A DNA stretch of 20,000 nt, taken from the NCBI GenBank assembly GCA_050230475.1, contig JBFLGF010000156.1:49663-69662 (forward strand), in the 5' to 3' direction. Made by a program: the position numbers and the translations under genes. This DNA comes from Ancylonema sp. (taxonomy: Eukaryota). Every line of letters begins with the position of its first letter. Position 1 is the stretch's first letter. Positions 10,801-20,000 of this stretch are shown piece after piece. The notes beneath the pieces were generated by a model. The model was not told where the DNA came from. It was given only the letters and a program-made list of their open reading frames with translations, and ran no database searches.

Positions 10801-11359
10801 TTCGGCACTACATGTCGGCTCGGTTATTTGACGGGAGTACATGCGGGGGTACAGTACTATAGGAGTTATTCGTTCTGAGGGTATGTGTCACACTGAACAT
10901 GTGATATGTCGGTCGTCCATATGTAGTGATTGTGCGGCGTATTTTACTAGTTTCGTTTCGCGATAGAACGCTTTGCTATTGTAGTAATGAAGAACGCCAT
11001 GGTTGCTCCGCCATTGACGTCATCACTCTTGGAGGAAGTTGCCATTAGCTTGTTGGCGACCAAATGTGGGTCCATATACATTTCTGATACAATTGATTGC
11101 ATGCAGCAACACCACGTGAGGAGCAGTATTGTCAAGACAAGCTCATAGTATTTGTTTGAAGTAATGACAAGGCCCTTGGTGCTGCATTGTTGATATATAC
11201 ATATACATGCACTCGGGGCCATAGATAGATTAAGCTAGCAATGCAACTAGACGGTAGGGGTCGCTCTGTGTCAGCCATGCATTGTATGTTGTTATACAAG
11301 TGATTAGGTGCCGTCGGTAGGAGAATACTTGGCTAAGAATTGATTAGCAAGTATGTCGG

Positions 11360-12475
11360 TCGGCCAGCCAGATTAGCGGTGCCGCAAAACGATCGTAGGC
11401 TGCTAGACAGCGAAAAAAGTATGCAATTTGTCATCTTTGTACTCAGACCTCATTTGGTCTTTGTACACCTCGTGAACCGCTGTCAATTTTACTTTGAAAT
11501 TATTGTTTAATCTACATTTGAGTTCGGCTCGTGATTCTGTACTTTGTGCATACTTTGAACAAGTTGAATGTGCATTTGAATGTAACTCTTGCAGTCGATA
11601 TCGATACACACAAAACCACAGTATTTACACTCATTCAAGTTTCGAACACTTCACGTTCAGGCCAAAGCATTGCCTTGCCATAAGGCAGACTCAGTAAATA
11701 ACATTAGGTATGCTTCGTAGATTAGTGAAGTGCTGGCAATGGCCATTTGTTATCTCGCATGAGTATGGTGCGGATCTCGATTAGACCATAGAACACGTGT
11801 ATGCGGACACGTGTAAAGTTAAGTAGCGTTTCGCACGTGTACAGTGCATTTAATGATGATGTTCGTTATAACGATATGATGGCACGTGAGAGTGTGACAC
11901 GATGCTAGAGGGCAGGACACTAATAATTCGGTTAGCTAGGCGGCGCCACAAACGATCCTAACTGTTTTGGCGGCTCGAAACTGTAGAAGTTATAACTTTC
12001 ACACTCTAGCCTCTTTCAATTAAAGTGCACCTCGGGGATCGTTGACCTTTTTGCACTCGCAAACGTGTGTATTTAAAAAAATTCGGCTCGCATGTGATTG
12101 CGCATTCTTTGATCCATTGGAATGTGCATTTGATTGTATAATCTGCATTCAAGATAGATATAGCAAACAACAGACTTTGGAACAACCTAATGCTTCGGAC
12201 ACGTTACGTCCAGGCCATAGCATAGCCTCGCCATGGGGTGGACTAGTTATTTACAATTGGAAGGCCTTAGGTACTAGTGAGGTGTTGGTGGGGGCCATTA
12301 ATTGTATTGCATGAGTATGATGCGGATCTGGACTAGATCATGTAGCACGTGTGAGCGGACACGTGTGTGGTGAAGTAGCGTTTCGCACGAGTGTGGTGCA
12401 TTTAACGATGAGGTTCGTTAGAACGATACGAGAAAGACACGTGTGAGTGTGAAACGATGTTGGATGACACGATAA
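11360..12475. repeat. Diverged tandem dimer of a ~552-bp unit (copy A ~11360-11925, copy B ~11928-12475)
   Basis: Colinear anchors: cggtgccgcaaaacgatc / cggcgccacaaacgatc; ttcggctcg; gaatgtgcatttga; caggccaaagcat / caggccatagcat; gcatgagtatg (11757 vs 12309, offset 552); aagtagcgtttcgcacg. Unit boundaries are approximate. Confidence 0.9.
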
Positions 12476-13090
12476 TAGCTTTATTATGTTAAAAAAAAGA
12501 AAAGCCGTATGCGTAGTTTATGTTTCGTTTATTTTGTATCCTTTGTCTAATCAGTTTTGATAGGGAGATTCATACAGGATTCAGTTGGCTGCACACTCAT
12601 GAACTGCTTCTACTAGTGTATGCAAGATCATATGTGACATAGTAAACGTCATTGAATTGAAAATTCAATGATAAATCTAGACATGATGGATCTGGTCACA
12701 TACACTACTGTTATTTAAGTTGAACTCCATGGTTTAAAGCGATCTAAATCTCAGTAACAATTTATGAATTGCACCTAGTCACATGCCAAGCGAGAGCTTC
12801 ATAATCGCAATATGAAACAAGTTGCTGACATGATTGGATTATTGGAATCGAGACGAGAAATATGTACGTAAAAACGCATGTTACATCACTTTGACTTCGG
12901 AGCTTTGATGTATAGCTATTCAATAGCCTAACAAAAAGTACATCAGTAACGTGCAAAGTTGGAGCTTCGTAAAACGGTATGAAATCAGTTGGTGCCATGA
13001 TTAGCATTGAGGCTTAAAAATATATACAGGCGTGGAGTACCTTGTCGCATATGAGCATGTTACTTGACGTTTACTTTAAGGTATGCAGGG

Positions 13091-13170
13091 ACTGTAAATG
13101 CTGTAAATTAACTGTACTGTAGTGTACTGTACTGTAAATGCTACTGACGTACTATGAACTATTAACTGTG
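13091..13170. repeat. Degenerate (ACTGT)n / CTGTAAAT simple repeat
   Basis: actgtaaatgctgtaaattaactgtactgtagtgtactgtactgtaaatgctactg read directly. Confidence 0.75.
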
Positions 13171-13448
13171 TCTAATCCTATGCAAAGCTCGGGCTACGGA
13201 ATCGCATCATGAAATAAGTTAATGATAATGAAGACATGATAGGCATGGAGAAAAATAAATACAGGCGTAAAGGATCTGGTCAGTTAAACGCAAATGATGT
13301 TGAGTTTGACTTTAAAGCTACAGAGACTGCAAATTTCAGAAGACTCATGAATCGCATCTACCCACATTTGGAGCTCCGATATTTTCCAGCCCGTGGAGGA
13401 ATCGAACCTCGCGGTAGGTGCTTTATGCACCACCACACCAGTGGGGCT
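13091..13448 (-). mobile_element. Putative tRNA-derived SINE or Pol III element; tRNA-like head at 13448-13388
   Basis: The minus strand reads AGCCCCAC-TGGTGTGGTGG (A-box-like, 13440-13430)...GGTTCGATTCC (perfect B-box, 13408-13398)-TCCACGGGCT, with AGCCC/GGGCT able to pair. A simple-repeat tract lies ~220 nt downstream of the head. The 3' boundary is inferred and no TSD was seen. Confidence 0.5.
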
Positions 13449-14381
13449 TTTCTTACTTCTTCCCCTAATCGAACAAAGTTTACCTCCACTTATTTACAAT
13501 CACCACCTCGAGACCTTTCCATGTCCCAATTGCCGTGCGACATCTCTCACGCCGGTTTGCATCGCTAGTCCGACCTCTCACCAGAAAGCCACGAATCGCC
13601 ACGAATTGGCTGTTTAAAATTGTCATTGCAGTTCGCGGATCGGTGTGTTATCTCAGCGCACCAGCAGCGACGACTCAGGAAAATGCTCTGTGCTTCGCGT
13701 TGCATGCGGCCGTCGTTAGATAAAAATAAAGATAAAAATCAGCAGGTGCGCTGCAGTACAGTGTGTGTGAGTACAAGGCAAGGCAGAGCAGTGTATTCTT
13801 CAGCAGCGCACTGCAGAGGCGCAATAACCGTTCGCATACGTCGCATCTGTGAGGAACATCCTTGAGAAGTGCCTGAGATCAGTGGTGAGAGATGGCTGAA
13901 AACATGCCCGGTGCGAGCTCGATTCAGGTGTGGAACTAGATTGCGCGAAAAAATAATTGGTTGCGCGAGTGAAAGTCGTCATTTTACACGCGAGAGAAAT
14001 TCACCGCGAGGGTACCACGTCAACCGAACTCGATTGACATTCAGCAAACTGAGCGTGACCGTAAATCGCCGAAAAATCAGTTCTCTGATGGAGAATGGAA
14101 CCGACACGACGTGTGCAGCTGTAGTGCGTGGTCACACATGATGCTCTCAGTGGTGCATCAACCTACGATCTACAGAGGGCGGAGGTGATGGCGGTGTATG
14201 TTTCTGACTGCCGTTGGCTCTCACCCGATGCCGGGGCTGCCTACCTTACTCTCGCGACGGAGGGCTGGCATGCATTGCTTTAGTGATAAGTTACGGGCCA
14301 ACGTCTCCCCCTCCATCGAACGTGCCAGCCAGCTCTCCTAGAATTAGCTCTCGCACTTCACACTGGGTGGATGGGGTGAGG

Positions 14382-17300
14382 ATGAGGACAGATGTGGGGA
14401 TGGGTGATGATGATGATCTGCAAGTGAAGGGGCCACGAAGGCCCCGCCGCGAGGGCAGCAGGGGATTGGAGGGCGACGAAACAGACAGACAGAAGATTCG
14501 CTCGTCCTCGCCAATGGGGATGCGACCGTGCCCCGTTGCATCTGGTGACTCACTAGTCGACAGATACGATGGAGATCTGAGTTACGGCGAAAAGAATGAC
14601 ATGAGTGGCTCCAGCCGGCAAGGGCAGGGCGCCACGTCACAGGGCCGCGGCATTCCCAAGTCGAGCAGAGGGACAAATGGCACAAGATCTGTGACGAGTG
14701 AGAAGGTCAAAACGGCGGTCAAGGACTGGGGGGACTATGATTGGAGAGACCACGTGAGTGATAAGCCCATTGGGTCCACCTCTTACAACGTATGGTCGGG
14801 CACGCGGGGCTCCCATCGCGACCGCGTGCGAATTCAGGATATGATAGATAAGATGCACAAGAACCCCGAACCTCCCCCCAAAGTCTTCGCCGGCACCAAT
14901 CCACCCTCCTGGGCGGCAAACGCATCCCACGGGAGCTCCCCAGTCGCATCCCCTGTCCGCAGCCCTCCCAGCTCTCCCTTTCCCAACCGCCCATCCCGCA
15001 GGAGATCCTGTAGCAATGATCCCGCCTCCTCCAAAGGGACCCATAGCTCCTCCTCCAGACCCCAGGGCCTTACAGGCACGGCAGCCCTGGCTCCCCCCCC
15101 TGTTCCTCCCTTCTCTCCTATCACGTTGCGGAGCCAATCAACGGACACGGGAGTCACCCACACCAAGATCAGACTGAGTGACGGTGCGAGAGAGGTGCCT
15201 CCTGCTGCTCAACCCCCGACTCCTCCTTCCGCTTCCATCCTGTGGGCCATCCCAGTGGATGGCAATGCATTACCCAAGCGGAGGAGTGAAAGCAGGGAGC
15301 TGTTCCCCAAACAGAAGGGGAGCTCGTCGTCAAAACCCCAAGGCTTTGGTTTTCCCTCTCCCCAGGAGGTGTCGAGTCCGGGGACCAGTCAGGGGCAGAA
15401 AACACGATCCCTTCTCACACCTCCGAGTCCACTGGTCGACTTCCCGGTGCCAAGTAAGCCACCCCCGATGGCAACGACCTCGTCCGTCGGCACAGACGAG
15501 ATGATTTGGGGTGGGGGAACGCAGCCCTCGGTCAGAAATGCAGCCATGAGGCTGCCACGTGGCAGTAGCAGTGTGGCAAAGGAATCGGGGAGGAGAAGAG
15601 ACCCCTCCCCTTCCGTACGCAGAGGCCAGGGTGGGAGTCCGGGCTGGGGGGGGGGGGGCTCGGAAGAGGGGAGGAGTGGTGTGGACGTAGGGAGGGAGGA
15701 GGAGGAGGAGGAGGAGGAGGAGGAGGAGGTGAGTACGTCTGTGTTGGTAGAGAGAGAGCGGCAGAGGCGAGAGGAGATGCGGAGGAAGGAGGTGGAGAAG
15801 GAGAAGGAGGATCTGAACAACCTGAAGATGATGAGCACTCGGGATTGGAACCTCTGGAATGTGACTATGAAGCGCGGGGGAAAGGGGGTGGTGGCGACAG
15901 GGTACGGGGACGAGGAGGCGGAGGGCGATGAGGAGGAAGATGGATGGGGGGAGGCTTCCGAGCCGTTCAGGGAAGCCGATCTGGAGTACTCTCTCACGCT
16001 AAAATACGGGAAGAAGGGCAAGGGGGGGGGGGCAGGAGGCGAGGAGGGGGCGTCAGGAGGCGAGGAGGAGGATGCAGCGGATGAGCAGAAGGAGCAGAAG
16101 GAGCAGAAGGAGCAGGAGTTGGTGAGGGAAATGGGGCGAGGGCCGCAGGACAGGGAGGCCCAGCGCAAGTCGGTAGAGCTTTTTCGACGGCAGTTGAAGA
16201 GTAGCGGGAGCGTTAGTCTGGGGGTGGGGGACAGGGAGAGTGGGAGCAGTAGGAGGAGCAGGGAAGCCAGCGAACAAATGAGAGGGGATGGCAGGGCAGC
16301 CTCTCCTCTGACAGGACATGACCGCTGGCAGCCGCACTCGAACGCGGCGGAAAGGCTCATGGAGGCGCCGGGGGGGTTCAGTGCAGACGCCAGGAAGAGG
16401 GTGGAGGGTGGAGGGCTTGGGAACGCCAACCACAGAACAGAGGCTGACGTGGCGCCAGCAGGGGGGAGGGGGGTGAGTGAGGCCAGTACAAGGAGGTGGT
16501 TCGAGGGGGGGTCAGGGGGGTGGGTGGGGCGGAGCAAGGAAGTACAGGAGGTGAAGATGGTTGTAGCACCCGGGGCTGTGAGACCGCGGTTGCTGAGGAT
16601 AAGAGCTGCGTTGCTGGGGCCGAAGACACCGAAGGTGACGAACATTCTGAACAAGCCGTTCAGGGACGTGAAGGAGGAGTATTGGATGGAGGAGTCAGAG
16701 CTGGGGAGGGGCAGGTGTGGGGTGATCCGTGTGTGCCATCACAAGAAGAGCGGGGAGAAGCTGGCGTGCAAGAGTATCAGCAAGGAGAGGCTGAAGGTGA
16801 GGGGGGGGGAGTGGTCATGGGACGCGTGTCTTGTAGGAACAGTGGAAAGGGGATGGGGGCTTAGAGCTGCGTGGGTGGGGGTGGGGGAAGGGGTTGAGCA
16901 CAGATTTGGGAGGCATACGTGATCATGAGGGTGTCTCCTGGTGTGAACAGGGTTGGACGTCTGAAAATATGAATTCGCGCACTTTTTGATGGACCATGCC
17001 AGAACTGCCTGGAACACTCGGGTTTGGAAAAGTAAAGAAGGGGGGATGGAAAGTGAGATGGAAAGGCGGATGGGGTTTGGGATTTTGGCATCGCAGAGTG
17101 CTCAGGATCTGGAAGATGTGTGGAGAGAGGTGGCGGTGATGAAGCTGTTGAGAGGGCATCCGGATAGCGTCCACCTGAAGGACACCTTCGAGGACTCAGC
17201 AGTATGCCCCCCTCAACCCTCATAAGGGATGGTGGGAGAAAACTGGGGGAAGCTGAGTCGATGAGGTGGCGGTTGAGGTGGTTAGCTGCTTGCTTGTCAG

Positions 17301-18909
17301 TCCTATTCCTGAGGGTTTGGGTTTAGACATGAAGATACTGATGCACATGCATGAAGACGGACACAAATACAGACGCAGATAGAGACACAGACACAGGCAC
17401 AGAACGGGTATAGGTATATGTGCATATACGGTATAGGTACAGGGAAGGTTTCGCCAGTGACATGGAGGCAGACGTTGTGAGGGGGATGGTCATCGCCGCA
17501 TCGCGAATCGACGGTATTTGGTCCACAGGAAATGGACCAATGGTTCTGAGGTCTGAGGAGGCGGGAAGTGACATGGAAAGAGGATGGGTCGATGATGATG
17601 ATGATGGTGATGGTGATGGTGATGGTGCAGAACGTGCATCTGGTGATGGAGCTGTGCGAAGGGGGAGAGCTGTTTGATCGCATAAAGGCGAACAAGTACT
17701 ACTCTGAGCCAAAGGCGGCCGCAGTCTGTCGCACCGTGACAAAGGTGTTGCAGTACTGCCACTCAGGTGCAGACAAGGCTGGGTGGAAAGGGCTGGGGGG
17801 TAGGGGCAGGGGGGCAGGGGAGGGGGAGGGGGAAGAGCGAAACATTGGATGATAGAAAGATTGTCTCGGATGTGTCAGTGTGTCAGTGCATACTCGGGAT
17901 CCGTTTTGATTCCTGTTCCTACCAACCCTGCGTCGCAACGCTTTGGTGTATTGTTGGGAGGGTGGTTGAGTAAGGCACTTGCTGATGTTGAGGCTGAAGC
18001 TCTTTCTCAAACATTAGATTCAGTTGCCGAGTTCCGGAAATTCGAGGTTTATGATTCTCGTGTAGGCAAGAGGTGATGGGCTGTACGGAAGAGTGATGTG
18101 GGTGCCCTGGTTTATGGCGCAGTGGGAGTGATGCATCGGGACTTGAAGCCAGAAAACATTTTGCTCTGCAACGACTCAAGCGACTGCGAGGTGAAGGTTA
18201 TCGACTATGGCGTGGCAGCCTTTTTTAAAAAAGGTACGGTGGCGCGGACAGGGAGGGCAAGGGGGTAGCTGTGTGGCTGTTGCCCGGTGCTGTGGTGATT
18301 AATCCCTCATTATAGAAGAAGCATTCCCAACGGAATGTTGAAATGCATACGAAGCTTCTGAGTATGCACAGGCTTTGTTCGGAAATTGGCGGGTCAACGC
18401 AAAGACTTCAGATTGTTTTTTGCCTCTTCTTCTGGCTGGAGGATGGACATTCAGCCTTTTTTTTCGCGGCTGGTTTTCGCAGGGAAGTACTTGAAGGACA
18501 TGGCGGGGTCTCCTTTTTACTTAGCTCCCGAAGTGTTAGCTGAAAAGTATGGGCCTCAGGCCGACATCTGGAGTGCGGGAGGGGTGCTCTACATTCTGCT
18601 CTCAGGCATCCCTCCGTTTTGGGCGAATACGAACGAAGGAATCTTCGAGTCCATCAAAGAAGCGAAACTGAATCTGACGCGAAAACCGTGGCCCACCATC
18701 TCGGAAGAAGGGAAGGACCTCGTGCGGAAAATGCTGACCAAAGACCCAAAGCAGAGGATCACTCCCCATGAAATTCTCGGTAAGGCAGTCCACCAACCGA
18801 GCACTTCATTCGTGAGGCGTGGAAGGAAGTATGGTGTGGTTTCACATGTTGATGCCAAGTTTATCGACAAGCAATTCGATCGCCTCTTGTGCATCTTTGG
18901 TGCGTGCAA

Positions 18910-18959
<50 letters not shown>

Positions 18960-19289
18960 TTTGAGAGCCTCTTCTCTTGGAACGAGGGAATGGTAGCATG
19001 ACTGCGGTGCTTTGGAAAGGATCGTGTGCCTCTCCTAGCATCGAGTTGGTGTCGACAGACATACAGTCTCACTGTCTCACTGCTGGGAGTCAAGTGTCGC
19101 AGAACTTTCTTGTTCTGCCAAGGTCCATATCGACCTTGTACGTAGACTCGACACATACATGGTCATAATTGTGTGTTATTATTGTCAGGTGTGCAAGCAT
19201 GCAGCATGCATACACTTATCGTGTCTTATCTCGCGTCGAATGTCTGCGCAGCTCACCCATTCATCGCCAAAGCAGAGGGCGAGAGGTAG
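14382..19289 (+). CDS. CDPK-superfamily Ser/Thr kinase (CDPK/PEPKR-like), ~1033 aa, long low-complexity N-terminus, no EF-hand domain seen; exons 14382-16796, 17097-17201, 17631-17766, 18123-18233, 18483-18779, 19252-19289
   Basis: Phase-consistent GT-AG splicing (0,0,1,1,1) gives [13 protein letters not shown]...ELGRGRCG...[23 protein letters not shown]...GHP...|[18 protein letters not shown]...|[12 protein letters not shown]...IDYG...|[11 protein letters not shown]...DIWSAG...SGIPPFWA...[20 protein letters not shown]. The start is uncertain (ATG at 14382 or 14400), and the terminal exon is less certain than the kinase exons. Confidence 0.88.
15696..15728 (+). repeat. (GAG)11 coding microsatellite (poly-Glu) in kinase exon 1
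   Basis: Read directly; translates to a poly-E run in the ORF track. Confidence 0.9.
17591..17626. repeat. (GAT)n-(GATGGT)n microsatellite abutting the acceptor of kinase exon 3
   Basis: gatgatgatgatgatggtgatggtgatggtgatggt followed by gcAG. Confidence 0.9.
18915..18957. repeat. (GA)n microsatellite in kinase intron 5
   Basis: About 21 AG units read directly. Confidence 0.95.
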
Positions 19290-20000
19290 TGGTGGCGAGG
19301 CTCTGGCCTCTGGAATCGTAACTGGAACTGTCACCTCCGTTGCAGATGACCTCGGAAGGAGGTGTACTTTTTTTTGCATTTGTGCAAATTTGTGGGGTTC
19401 ATTACTAGCAGTGCACATCCTTGTTGTACTGTTTTTTTGTGAACTCAGCAGTGTTGTGTCGTAGCACACGTGTGAGCGTGTAGTTAGCTGACTTGCTCTA
19501 GTTGAGGAAATGCACGAGGGGATAGAATGGCAGGGCTAAGAGTCACATCTTTTGTCATGTGTCAGAGCGACGACACGTGACTTTGTGGAGGGACAGGGAG
19601 GTGATGTAGAGATAGGACTAGAGTATTCTTGGATGCCTTGGATATTTGTAAATGCAGCTGTCTATATATTCTTTCAAAATTAGTTACTCCTACAACAATT
19701 ACTATCATGCAGGTATAGCCCCCATGACATCCGGAACCGAATTTGTGGCTTCATAGACAGGATTGGCACATCACATTCTGCAAAAAAGATGAAGTACATA
19801 GATTACAAATTGCAACTGACCCTCAGCGTCACTAGATGTCTGTCCGAACTACATCCTTTTCTCCCACTTATCATACAGATTGCAATCTACAACAGTGCAG
19901 GGTGAGTAAAACACATATTTGCCAATGACGAACTACTTCTGGTCTGGAGAGGTTGCATTTGTGGGGTAATGACGAGGATGCGTCTCCCGATGGTCACTCC

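Noticed and set aside
10143..10805. Possible TSDs: GTTCT/TTCGG around the second LTR, and GAGGA occurring at both 5460 and 10143
   Set aside because: No exact 5-bp match adjacent to the LTR ends; the second GAGGA is 5 nt away from the junction.
4549..11340. Shared TACTTGGCTA(A)GAAT at ~4550 and ~11326 on either side of the copia element
   Set aside because: The similarity does not extend on either side; consistent with chance.
11360..12475. CRISPR-like or prokaryotic repeat system
   Set aside because: Eukaryotic context, only two long diverged units, no repeat-spacer structure and no cas genes.
13388..13448. Functional tRNA gene
   Set aside because: About 12 nt too short between the A and B boxes, no anticodon arm, and an incomplete acceptor stem.
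13236..13568. 110-aa ORF upstream of the kinase
   Set aside because: No recognisable domain or supporting splice structure; it overlaps the tRNA-like element on the opposite strand.
15389..16654. 421-aa antisense ORF and other overlapping ORFs across 14344-17223
   Set aside because: These are shadows of the GC-rich, low-complexity kinase exon; they are Ser/Pro-rich with no recognisable domain.
89..19289. SSL + HVA22 + CDPK-like kinase as a stress/ABA gene cluster
   Set aside because: Unrelated families separated by TE-rich DNA; adjacency alone is not evidence of co-function without synteny or co-expression data.

Overview
Eukaryotic, intron-containing green-plant DNA, probably streptophyte (lineage inferred from gene content only). 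From left to right: (1) the last two exons of a strictosidine synthase-like (SSL) gene on +; (2) a convergent five-exon HVA22/REEP (TB2/DP1) gene on -, which the ORF track only partly shows, with a micro-exon, a C-terminal KKxx motif and ABRE-like motifs upstream; (3) a decayed Ty1/copia LTR retrotransposon (5465-10800) whose RNase H is cut off exactly at the start of the second LTR, with no PPT, no TSD and a dense cluster of 2-3 bp micro-duplications; (4) a diverged ~552-bp tandem dimer rich in G-boxes; (5) a tRNA-derived Pol III/SINE-like element on -; and (6) a six-exon CDPK-superfamily kinase of about 1,030 aa with a ~760-aa low-complexity N-terminus, a DYG motif and apparently no junction or EF-hand domain. 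All exon models were derived by hand from splice signals, reading-frame phase and family motifs; none is confirmed by transcripts. I could not support a clearly new multi-gene system. The best leads are the EF-hand-less kinase, the micro-duplication cluster, the anomalous LTR junction, the tRNA-like element and the G-box repeat.
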